From Ophelia neglecta (Eukaryota), in NCBI GenBank assembly GCA_965285935.1, contig OZ260661.1:94116001-94180000 (forward strand): 64,000 bases of DNA, given 5' to 3'. Shown piece after piece: positions 1-12,200 of the stretch (position 1 is its first letter; each line of letters starts with the position of its first letter). A model generated the notes under the pieces. That model had not been told where the DNA came from. It was given only the letters and a program-made list of their open reading frames with translations, and did not search any database. Made by a program: the position numbers and the translations under genes.

Positions 1-3000
1 TCTGTCAAAGAGGAAAATATACACAATTTACGATTTGAATGTTTAGCCGGCAACCTTGGCGGAAAGCGCAGTGGGGATAGTCGTAGACACAGCCCAGGAA
101 TACTAAACTTTCAGGGCCTGTATATCAACCGGCGCAAGAATTTCCCAGTGTTTAATTTGGCACTTTTTGTTTGTTTATATACCATGTGAATTAATTTTAT
201 TATTCATAAACATTATAAAAATCAAGAGTTTCTCAGCAGCTCATTTACATCATATACTTTTCAAATTGAAATATTCATTAGGACAACTTCAAAAGGATAA
301 AACTTAACCATAACTTTTATTGTAGTGGGTAATATATCTCTTGCTCATACACAATTCCAAAACTAAATATGCCTGGATGACTTGAAAACCATTGAACTTT
401 AGATTTATCAGAAATTATTGTTGGAATGTCAGATACTCGTACTTACATGTATATACATGTATATACAAGTATAAATAGTGTGTGGTGGGTGTACCTTGTA
501 TACATCTCTAGACAGTGTATGTGATGTAGATGTACAGGAGGCTATGTGGTGGGGTCAAGAAGCTCGTTTGTGGTGTCTGGTATGTCTTAATGTGTCTCTC
601 CCCCCTAGAACAGGCAATTATTAGCCATTATGGGGTTTTGTGTTGTTGCAATGGACCAACATCACGGGGACTTTGCTGAATAACGGCCACTATCGGCAAT
701 GATTTTATCTCCCACTTTCAATTTAAACCTCCTAACTGTAATAAGAATGCATGGGGCCCTTGCTTTTTCTGCTCTTTTATTAATAAAAATTTCACTCTGC
801 ATGTGTATTGGATAAAAGTGTAGTTATGGCGACTCTGAAAGGCGCTAGCAGCCTATACTGCCAAGTTATCATTTGGGCCATCTCGTAGATGATATCTTGG
901 TGAAATTTAATATTTTCTTTGTGCAGTTTCTTAAGATCGGTTGAGAATGGGTATAAAATCAATTCATTTCGAAGCATTGCCCATGACAGACAGACGATAA
1001 AGTTTCCATTGCCAACTTTATTGTTGTCCATTTTGTTTCTGAAATACCATGTGTCGAAAAATTCCAACTTTTTAATAGCGCGTTCAATAGAAATTAGTGC
1101 AAGTCATTCATCTCTGAAAGGCACCAATTTATTTCTAAATTTCCTTCAGGGCGTTTTATGTTCAAGTAGTTTTGAATTGATGTAGAATGCCCGATTTGGC
1201 CAGTGCTTTTGACTGCGATTTCGACTGTTATGATGGCGGGAGTGCACTGACCATTAGGTAGCAATTAGGCTGGACATTGTGGACACTGTGTTGGCTTGTA
1301 TCACTGACAGCACACTGTAAATCACTCCCCAGTATCAACTCCACTCACTGTCCATCACATCACCCACCCCACTCCATTTGTCAGACAGCCGTCAGTCTAG
1401 TGCAGCCAGTCTCCACAGAGGGAGCCACCTCATAGGAAAGTATCAAACTAGTATCAACTGGGATCACTCTATCCACTGGTGTTTTAGCAGTTGTAAGCGG
1501 GGATTGCTGGCTTGCATGTCATATTTGCCAAGACATTTTTCTATTTGCTGCAGCCTGGTCAGTATTAATAGAATGCCCAATTGCATGCTGTGAAAGATGC
1601 AATATTTGATGGCCACGAATCCAGCTCATTTTGGAGAAACTCTCTGTACATTTGTTTCAATTACAGAGCAAATTACACTGGCTTTGTTGCGGCTTGCCGG
1701 TGGGCTCAATATTCCCTCGTAATGCCGACAAATCTGCTGTGATCGCCATTTGATCATTACCATCGGACAAACACACAGTTATGTATGGCTGTCGCTGGAG
1801 TAATCTGCCATAAATAATCACAAGAGATCTGTTTGGATGCTCTCATAATTATAAGTGCATCAGAGTTTATTGAGGCCCCAATCTCCTGATCTGCTGCAGC
1901 CGTCATTTGCCAAACTTGGGTATATTTTCCTAGATCAGCTCTGATCTCCTGCAGGCTGTGTATATAATCTGGGTAGATTAATGGTCAGTCTGTAGAGATA
2001 CTTCAGTACAGTCTATTGTGTTTTGATACTGATCTGTGTATAATATCAAGTCCTCTCTCTGTGTGTAGACAGTGGCAGAGAACTTCACTAAATCTATACA
2101 TGTATTAATTATAAGTATTGAGTATAGAAACTGAAGATCTTTTCTGGTTCATTTCTAATGCCACTGGGTTTATAAACTATGTTTGTTACTGGTCATATAG
2201 AATGAGGCACAAAAGTTCAGGAACTGCCTCAATTTGGTAAAGATCATAGGAAATTATGCCCAGGTGGTGGAAGGAAGACCAAAGACAATGATCAGGAACT
2301 GTGCTCGTTAGAGCTGGCTAATATCCCTTCATTAATGACACCATTCTTAGAAAATAAGCCTAATAAATTACATAGCCTGGTTATATCCAATGGTTAGCGT
2401 AGAGTGATTGGTCAAAGATTAATAGACAACACATATGTATATTTTGTAATAAACACTACTATGAAAATGAGAAATATTTATACCTTATATGGTTCATACA
2501 TCAAAAATATGGCTATGTAGTTTGTATAGACCATAAAGGCCACTGTGCCCTGACAAATTGACTATGTTATGAATTATTGCTTCATAAAGTATATTTTCAT
2601 CGCATTCAACACATAAGGGTATGCTACGTGCGTGCTGTTCAGTGTTTTGACATTGGATAAAAAAACAGAAATTGTATAAGTGGCAATTATGTCAAGGCCT
2701 CTGTATTTACTAGCATTTATTTGTGGTTCCAAAGTATAGCTTGCTAAGCTGGTGTGTTGGGTGGTATTTTGGACTAGGTATACTGGTATGTATGTGAGTT
2801 TCAGTATCCTGTGTGGTCATTTCCAGCTCCTTGTCCATCAATGTTGGTTATTCCCTCAGCTTTCCCTAGTTGTCTTGGTTTTATTGGTGCATTCTGCCTC
2901 TGTTTCGGGTGAGCACAGCCTGTATCATATCCCGCTCAATGCCCAGACCAGTTACAAGATGGATTGCCCAGCAACATAAGAAATGACAAGATCGGCACAC

Positions 3001-6000
3001 ACATTTATCTCTGTATTTCTCCAAGGTCTGGCTTCCATTTGGCCAGCGTAAAATGGATGTCCCAGCTATGGATATTGGCCAAGATTCTTCAGATTGGCCA
3101 TGAAATTCTAGCGCGCTGGGAGCATCTCTTGCTCCCCGATCCTCTCTTTTTTCACATGTTGCGCTGGGTGTTTATTTTACATTTTCACTACTTGGATGTA
3201 ATGTCTGTCAATAGAGTGGCCTGTAGGATATTTACTTAATTTCTACTCCTCCTCATGCCCCTGTTTAAGCATTAATCATGATTGTTCATTGGAAAAACTA
3301 TGGATGATAAATTGAACAGACCCTTTAGGGTTTCAACTCAATTTGTGAACTGTTAACATTTGACTTGTTTTACAGTGGTGACACAAATGAGCAGAAATAT
3401 ACAATTCAGATTATGACAAATAAGATAAGAGGGCAACATAGGGCTGTTTACAGTTGAGGGCCCCTACAGTATAAATTCTAGACCAATTATATAGTAGTTT
3501 GGGGTGACGTATGCGGATTTTAGCAGGGCCCCTGGTGGCGGCCTGTCAAACAATGAGCGTAAGACCATGTAATACATTGTAGCAGCGAGTGTTACACATA
3601 GTACAAGCTTGTTTACCCTCTCAGATGGCCAGAATCAAGATTGCCGCCTGGATGACACCAATCTGTTTGTTTTCCTGCCGATGCAGCCAGCCTGTGGGAT
3701 ACTAATTAGGACACTATGGGAGTGAAGCCAGTCCAACTCAAGGGCAGTTAATTAGGGACAAGATGATCCCCTAATTATTACCGGCAGCCCCTATCTTTAT
3801 GTAATAGTCTGTCTGATAACTAAATGAGCAGCACAGTCCCAATGTCATTATAAGCTCCGAGCTGGGACTATGCATTTCGTTAATGAACTGGGAGTTAAAG
3901 TTGTGAAGTTCTGCTTTCTGCAGCAGGGAAGAAGATAGGTGTAGCTGGGGAGGAAGGTATTGATATACATGTATGTTGTGGGTTGGGCATGCCTCACCAA
4001 GCACAGTGGGTCCTACAAGATGCATGTGTTACAATTTAGTAATTAAATAATGTCTAAATATTGGTTATTCATGGGCTTGATTGTTGTATTAGATTCTGTG
4101 ACCATTAAAGACTATCAAGGTGCATAAGGTTGTGGGAAATTCTGCATATTCTACCCCAAACTGAAAAAAGGTAATTCTTTAAATATGTAGTCCCATTACA
4201 ATTTTGTTGTGCCTATTGGCATTTAATTTGATTAAAAAGTTTAGTTATATTGAATAAGAACATTCACACGCTAAATCAGTAATAAAGTTCAAACCTATAT
4301 ATGTTTTGCTGTAAGAAATTGAGTAGTCTTCTCACCTCGGTGTGAGGCAGGGAACTGATTTTGGCCTGTATGATCTCTACCCTATTGTTCTTGAATGAAT
4401 TTTGTTTGTGTATTCATAGATGGTAGCAGATTTGATGTAAGGTAGTGGGGAGGATGCTGGCTGGGACAGTGCTGGACCGGGCTGTGGTCAGCGCTGGACC
4501 CAGCCAGAATGGTAAATCAGGGTTAACCCAGGCTGGTATCTAGTGGTGGGTTACCACTGGTCAGTGTTTGACAGGCTCACAGATAAGGCTAGGATTTCAG
4601 TGACAAATTTATGTCTCCTCACGTCCCATTTATCCCACTAAACATCCCCTCATTGGGCGTTTATTCGCCTGCCGACATAAGTAGTATATAGAGCTGCGCT
4701 ATCATAAACTTTGGCGGGGGAAACCTCACAAGTTACCTCTGCCATTTGGCTGCCTAATTACGCTGGAGTGGGGTCCTTCAGGGGTGGTCAAACACTAGTA
4801 AGAGAATCACTCGGAGCGGACCGGAGCTGTCCGCCAGGACATTGGCTACATGCAGGCCAGCCAATCTATGGTTTGGGGAATCGGCTGCGCTGTTCCCAGC
4901 TTAACAATGCTACTGTGGTATAATCTAATCTGCCTAATGTTGCCTAATGCATATGAAGTTTCCATTTAGTTGATGGGAATTTGGTCGTCTTGCATCTTCT
5001 GACCCGGTCTTCGGTAGGGATTGGCAAAAAAATCCCTGACCCTAGGTCGGTGGTAATTTGACTGCCACCATTCAATGGTGTGCAATTCGGTCGTTTTCAT
5101 TTCCCTAATGTTGCGAGCCGACATCGGGATTTTCTTCAATGTTGTTTTATGTAATGAAAGGATTGCAGCTATCTCCATTTCATTTTCTTAATTTTGTCTA
5201 GTAAAATAGCGGGTTGGTATTGCTTCTGTGCATCTAGTCTCGGGGTCCATCGAATATAATCAAAGAATTTCCAATATTGAGTGGTATAATTGTGGGGGGT
5301 ATGATCGGATTCTGTTAAAGCTGTGTAGCTTGGAGGGTCAGGGGTTAGCCAGTTAATGTTGATGAGTCCCTGTTCAGTCTCCCTGCTCCCGATGTAGGGG
5401 AGGGCTAAGTAGGCTCTGGCGCCAGTGTTGTGTGTCAGCACATTAATCATTGCCGAGGCCTTCCCTGACAGTTTGGTCAACTATACACCGCAGTCGACAA
5501 ACACCAATTTCTGCCATACCAACAAGAGCCAGTCCCGACTTACCTTCAATAACTTATCAGTCAAAGACTGGTATTCACATTAACGGGTTTACCTGGTACC
5601 TCCAGAGTTAAAAAATTAAACCAAAATGTTCCGGCAACTCATGCAAACTTGTATTAACATATTAGTTTAGGAAATTGGCAGACTTTTCAAGAGCCCTCTC
5701 TGAGATTTGTTCCTTCAAGGGGATATTTTCAGCTTTTGTTCTGTGGATGCCTGCATTGTAGGTGCCCTTCATACCAGAGTATGAGAGCTCCCTAGTCTAG
5801 ACCCTTCAAGTGCCCTGCACCAGCGATCGCATTAACTAGTTAACAACCCATGTACCACAGTTTGCTTTTTTTCTCTTGTCAGCACAGTTTGGATTTCAAA
5901 ACTCTCTTCGTTTTATTTATAAAACTGTTAGTGACTTGTTGAATTTTCTTACTTCATCCTTGAGGCAATATGTGCCTAGGGACCCTAACTGATTACAAGT

Positions 6001-7636
6001 TGAATGTCTGAAATGAGAGCATTGTAACAATAACAACAAGTGAAGAAATATACATTTTCTAAACAACTGGGCCTATAGAAGATTTTAGTGGCAGGATCGG
6101 AGGATTCGGCCAGATTACTCACAGCAGGGGTCAATAAAAAGTGGTAATTAAAATGGGGGTTAAAGCGATCCTGTCATAGTTGGCATTGTGTATGCAATAG
6201 ACACAATTTTATTTCCACTCTCTATGAAAGTTGAGCCGCAGTCTGTGAAGACATGTATATCCTTGTGCGGGATTCAAACAAGTTTACCTCAACGACAGTT
6301 TTGATAGATTTTCGTCAAGTCAAAAGTGCTCGACCTCAATTATGGTAGCAAGCCGTATGTTAGTCAGAGGGGTCGCAATCATTTTGTCATGACTCCCATT
6401 ATGTCACAGGGTTAGCAGACGACATAGCCAGCTAAAGTCTATGGCAATGCCCCCTAGTGGCAAATTATAAATCAGTCACTCTAAACTAAAAAAAAAAATT
6501 TCTTCTTTTGTCGGATGTTGAGTTTATTTTGTTTTCTGGGAGGCAGGAAACTTGTAAATTCACTGGAAATTTGTTCTGGTTGAGTCATAGCCATGTTGAG
6601 TATGTGATTTTACCTTCTGTTCTGGGCCTATTTGTTGATAAAATGGGTTGTTAGATAGGGTCGGGTCTGGCCAATCTCGTCCCCCTCTCACCACCTTGTC
6701 CCTATGTAATCAGGCTAGCCGGCACTACTTTATCACTGCTCACAGCCTAATTCCGAACATAGCTTCTCTCACCTTGATTTATTTCACACACAGTATCTTT
6801 CTTCCAGAAATCTGGTCTTATCAGCTGACTTGTTTCAGGTTGTTTCTGCGCCAAGTCTGGGTTCTGTTGAAAGCCTCCCCCGACCAAATATTTCTTTTTG
6901 TATTTACTAAAGAGTTGTATGTTGCTTTGAACCATTCCCTCTACCCTTGGTTTATAAAGCCAGCAGAGGTCTGGGGTCATGCTGTTTTCCATGTATCCAA
7001 ACTCCCGCATCATTACAGTTTGAAACATGAGCGGAGTGGATGTAAAGTTTGAAATGATACATCTGTAATCATATGATATCTAAGTGTGTGTGTGTAAACA
7101 GCTGCCTTCAGATCTCTCCAGATATCAATGCTACTGCAGGCACATCTGGCAACTTGTATTTTGTGCATGATAAAATCCGATTTCCAAAATGCAATGAAGC
7201 ATAGGGATTCAAATGTTGGCTACTTGAATCAAAGGAAACCGATATTCATAATGCGTTTAGCAGTCTGAGTTTAAAAGACGATACAGTAATGAAGCCAAAG
7301 TGCCGGCCCTTCAGTAGTTTGGCCTAATTGATAACCTTTTGCAGGGGTCTCCATATTTCATGTTGTACAAAAGCCAGCACTTGTCCTGATGAATTGAAAA
7401 TTTGCCCTCAACCGGCCAGAAAATTCCAATTATTCAAATCCGTTGCTCTCAAACAATAGGATTCACCACTTGAATTGCAAATTGTTATCTCCTAATGTCT
7501 CTGTAGATATACATCTGTCTATTTGCCAGTGATATTCATAATTTTCACATTCTACCTATCTGAGATACTCAGTAGGCCTGTTACAATGGCTGACTAGCTG
7601 GTCATTATATTAATGTGAATATTTTGTTTTTCCTAG
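1..7636 (+). other. 3' part of a long Meis intron that splits the homeodomain (>7.6 kb; upstream exon lies outside the window)
   Basis: No exon encoding the preceding HPYPSE...QVNN homeodomain segment was seen in 1-7636. The stretch ends in a canonical acceptor. Confidence 0.8.
6448..6461 (-). promoter_or_regulatory. CTCF-type core motif (TGCCCCCTAGTGGC)
   Basis: Exact match to the bilaterian CTCF core CCACTAGGGGGCA on the minus strand. Binding is not demonstrated. Confidence 0.45.
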
Positions 7637-7695
7637 GTTCATCAATGCCAGGAGAAGAATAGTGCAGCCAATGATAGATCAGTCAAATCGAGCAG
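7637..7695 (+). CDS. Meis: Meis/homothorax TALE homeobox gene, internal exon encoding the end of homeodomain helix 3: (W)FINARRRIVQPMIDQSNRA(G)
   Basis: Pyrimidine tract plus TAG acceptor (AG 7635-7636) and GTGAGT donor (7696). The 59-nt exon translates to the MEIS-class signature WFINARRRIVQPM followed by IDQSNRA. The Trp codon is split by a phase-2 intron, as I recall for other Meis genes. Too short to appear in the ORF track. Confidence 0.97.
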
Positions 7696-9197
7696 GTGAG
7701 TGGCCATTAAGTAAGTGGTCATTTTAACATTTTTGTAATTTCTACATTATCTAATGATAATAATTAAATTTTTAGAAAAAAACAATTCCAATTTTGGCAG
7801 TTGACAATATCCCAAAGAGAACCAAGAAAATTATATCATGGGTAGTCTTTGTACAAAAAGCAAACTTTCAAAATCTGAAATGCTCAAAAAAAATTATCAG
7901 CTGATAGAATTTGTTTATGAATTTGTTTGGAAGGAATTTGATTTGGATAATATGAGGGGTTATTTGTGGCAAGTAGGAAGAAAAGTGACAGTATATAAAT
8001 TTATGACAAGCATGTATCTGGGGGCCTTAGTGAAGGGTCTGTGGCATGACTACATGTGGGGTGAGTGGCACTTGCCAAGGGTCTGGGACCTCTGCAGGCA
8101 GAGATTTATGGAGGAAAGGATTGACTTGAGGATCATTTCCAAGCTGACTTTTATGGTGTCAAACAAACTTGAGACCCAGGTGATTATGTGTGAGAGATTT
8201 GGGTGATAAGAGGCCCACAGGTCGGCCTACAAGCCCTCCTCTGCGGGTCTACCCGCCTATAGCCTGTGGAGAAATTGTGACCAGGCTTTAGCCACTTTTA
8301 CCGTTGTCAGAACAACGGTGGCCATGGAACAGCAAATAAAAAGTACCATGGTACCAGAGCGATTTTTCTTGCATTGCTCGTTGTTTGTTTTTTTCCCTGC
8401 AATGCAGGATTTATGCGTGTGTGTTTGCGTAATTGCCGTTGTATGAATGGCGCATGTGCTTAATCTCGAGGTCACAGGCTCACTCTCTCCCTGCCCGAGT
8501 GCCAACATATGCCGGGGTATATTACCCCAATAAATTACAAGGAATTGTAAATCCACTCCGAGATTTGCCAGTAGTACCCCTCCCCCTCCATTCTGCCGGT
8601 AATAGAAGGTGACAGGTTAGATGTCTCTACGACACTACAAGCCCTTGTCAGCTGTAAACCAGGGACAACTCTACGCCTTTTATTGTCCGCCTTCCACCAT
8701 TTATATCCCAGACCGGGAGTACTCGTCCCCTGTATGGACTCTTCACCCACATACTTAACATGTGAAACATACTAATTCAAATGTGTCAACAAATGTTATG
8801 TTAGTCGGACAATTTTAATGATTCTGCGATCGATCGATAAACAAGGGGAAGGCACAACAGGAAATAGTAAAAACGGTGACAGAACCCAATTTATCTTCTA
8901 GTTCGAGTTCACACATCTTAATATCAATAAAATGGCTTTTGATTTCTCCTTCGAATGATTAATGAGGAAAGACCAAAGAGTGCTCTGTTCTCAGTGTGGA
9001 ATAATTTATATTGACTGATCAGCTTTAAGAATATTGTACTACTGATTGAAGTGTTCTAAAAAATTGTTAAAAAATAAAATTTAATCAACAGCAGTCTTAT
9101 AATAGGTGATTTCAACTGGTACTTGTGATGAAGTTTTCCCTCAATGAAGGAAGTTTATTAATATATGTGATATTATAAAGGCCCTTTATTTCCCCAG
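7696..9197 (+). other. Meis intron, 1502 nt, GT-AG
   Basis: Bounded by the donor and acceptor of the two flanking exons. Confidence 0.9.
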
Positions 9198-9272
9198 GTC
9201 CTGCCAGCACGTATAGTCCAGATGGAGGAATGGGCTACATGGACAATCAACAAATGCACATGAGGGGGCCAG
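9198..9272 (+). CDS. Meis: Meis post-homeodomain exon: (G)PASTYSPDGGMGYMDNQQMHMRGP(G)
   Basis: TTTATTTCCCCAG acceptor and AG|GTAAGA donor. 75 nt, phase 1-1, in frame with the previous exon. Resembles the vertebrate Meis Y(S/N)PDGQPMGGFVMDGQQHMGIR segment. Confidence 0.93.
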
Positions 9273-12200
9273 GTAAGAAATGGATCATTTTTTTCTAATC
9301 TATCAAGAACAAATTATATATTGTGTATAGTTTACATTTCCAGATTAAAAAAAAATTGATGAACAAAATAAGTATATGTAAAACCAAGGCAGATTTAGCC
9401 AACTAGTGACTTAGTTTTCTCACAATTTTAGGTAGCTTTAGGCAAATAAAAAGGAGATTTTATTTTTAACTAAATGACAGGAATAGATAAGAATTGATTA
9501 CCAGGTAAAAAGCTAGGCAGGTTTTTTGTGTTATCTCATGTTATAGAGGTCAGCCCTGTTTGCTCCACTGTCATTTGTTACAATAGCTGGTGTGTTAGCC
9601 AGAGCCGATGTTACACATAGCTGCCTACAGTAGTAAAGTGTGTAATCCATATCGGTTTGGCGAGGGTGCGAAATATGTGCCGATGGGATGTCATATACGT
9701 GTAATCATAGGACAATTAGACACATCGGGTTGGCCGGGGTGTTGAGCTGGTCGCCCATACCCGCTCGGCTTCATTTTAAAATGGCTTCTATCATGGCACC
9801 CTGTAGCAGACAGCCTCTTTAGCGCCTACAGAGGTATCACCTTCAACTCTCCGACAACATTTCAAACCAATTGCTTTTACTGAGGTCCATTCCGGTTGTG
9901 GCTTGAAGTAGATTCCATTTTAGAATGAGTTCTGTTATAAGACCAACTACATGCTGACTTGTTGCAAATGGCGATCAGGACAAACCATGAAATGTTCTGC
10001 ACACACAGACCAGCTGATATAATAGTGATATGTTTGGGTTCTGTTGATTCAAACTTTGCCATATTTCCAGTCACAGACACCTTGGTGTGCCGAGCACTTG
10101 AAGCTGAGAGCAGGCAACTGCCTTTTTGGGGTGTACTTGTTCGGTGGTGACATCCTGGTGACATCGGTGATGGACGTCACCTGGTCGAGATGTGACAGGC
10201 TATCAGCCTACTAATGTCACCAGGCTAATATCGCCACTGGTGGCAGGTTTGACATTTGTCTAAGAGGTTACACTAATTGTACAAGATAAGGTCTAGGTGC
10301 ATGGAGCAACTCAATGTGGTTACATGAGGCTTGAAATACTGACCTCAGTCTTATAGAGGGTCTTCACAACTTCAAAACAGAAATTACTCTGCCATTTTTT
10401 GTCTTCAGCTCAGTTTTTGTCCTGCTACAGGAAGATTTTTCTGGTCATAATTTCTTCATTCTAATGCTAAATTCAGTACAATTTGCTACAAAGTTGTCTA
10501 TGAGCTAAAGCAATCTCTTGGAAATATTAGCTGCTATTCAGATATGCATGAGCCCCTTTGAAATCTCCTTGAAAGCCAGCGATTTCTGCTCCTCCGAGGA
10601 AATATGACTCCCTCGAGTGGCTTATTTGCCCAATTTGCACAGTTAGGAAGTAGCCGAATCACCTCATCTGTAATTACAATCTTAAACATTTTGATAGAAT
10701 TTAGTGCCAGACACCATATTAACTGTAAATTTGCCAATATTGAAGAAAGCAGGATCATCAGGGATTTGGAGACTAAATTTTTTAGCTAGAGCAAATCAAT
10801 GGTTCCTATTTTCTGATGGTGTTTGCAGCTAAAACTGACTGCAGAGCAAACAGCAAAAATCAATACATTTTATTGTATCTCATTTCAAATGGAAAAGGCA
10901 AATTTACCAGTGATATGAGTTTATCCACTTTCCTGCAAGAAATCAAATCAGGACAATTTGCAGAAACAATTTATAGAGGAAACGAAGCAGATTTTTGGCC
11001 GAGATTGAGTCGCAAGGACCCAGTCAGAGTCTGCATCGGACGTCAACCAATCACAGAGGACCTTGTCAACGTTGTTAGCCCACTCGACAAAATACACTCG
11101 CCGAGATTGGATTGATCTGCTACGATGGCAGATCTCTAACTTACTTTGGTCAAACTAATAGATGGATCAAGCAGTATGACGGCTGCCATCAGACAGCGGC
11201 TGTCCGTCTGGTATTGGCTGCAACGATAACGATGGCCAACACTGGCCTCTAACAGGAGACACCAAAGAAATGTACATGTATGTGTAGTGTTGTGCTCAGT
11301 GATAGATATCAATTAGCCCTCACCATTACACAGTCATACCAGTCCAGGGCTTTTGCCCTGAGGTTAGTGATTTTCAATTTGCATTGTGTCACTGGCTGCG
11401 ACAACTTGAAGGCCAAGAAATTAGCGAAGATAGTTTTTAACAAGACGACCTGGCGTAAATGCTGGTGGTGTACAAGGCGATGTCAAGCAGCCCTGGGCTG
11501 TATCTCCGCAAGTTTGGCCTGTGAATGACACTCATCATGTCGTCATGTCCATGTACAGTGACAGAGTTAAATTCACAACCACTGGCTTCGTACCTTGCCC
11601 TCAGGTGCTTGTAGGAGATATCAAACTGTCTTTATATCACCTCTAGGGCCCCGACTTGAACCCAAACCATCACAAACCACCCTAAACTGCCGGCAAGCCT
11701 GTTTACCAGCAAGCTGTTTACAGCACTGCACAGCGCCAACAGTTTGATGGAAGTACATAAAGTTTGACAGATAAAGTACTATTAGAGTAGGATTTCACAA
11801 GATATTAGAACATTTATTACAAAATGTATGGTGATCATTGAAATATTGTGACATAAGTGAATGACAATCTGTGGTATGTATGTCTAAATTAGTGTGTATT
11901 AATGTCAAGTTGAGACATGCTGATGACTGGGAATTGACTTGACTGCCACTGGTGGGTCCTTGTAATGTCAATGATAGAAATATTTCAAAAACGCAACTCA
12001 TAACATGAAAAACAGGATTGTTGATTACCAGATTTCCTCCGTGTTTCCCCATTAAAAAACTTTTGCTATTTCATATATGTATTGATATCAGTGGAAATGA
12101 TGCAAAAAGTTATCTTGATAAGAATTGCATATCTATGGCAAAAAATAGCACAGTTATCATAAATTAGATCTGTCGCTATTTATACTGTCACAAATAACTC

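Noticed and set aside
6260-6350. Possible reversed tRNA-SINE head (GCGGGATTCAAAC)
   Set aside because: Too degenerate, with no tail or A box identifiable.
9179-9197. Upstream alternative acceptor (AAAG) before exon 9198
   Set aside because: Poor pyrimidine tract, and it is 17 nt away so out of frame.
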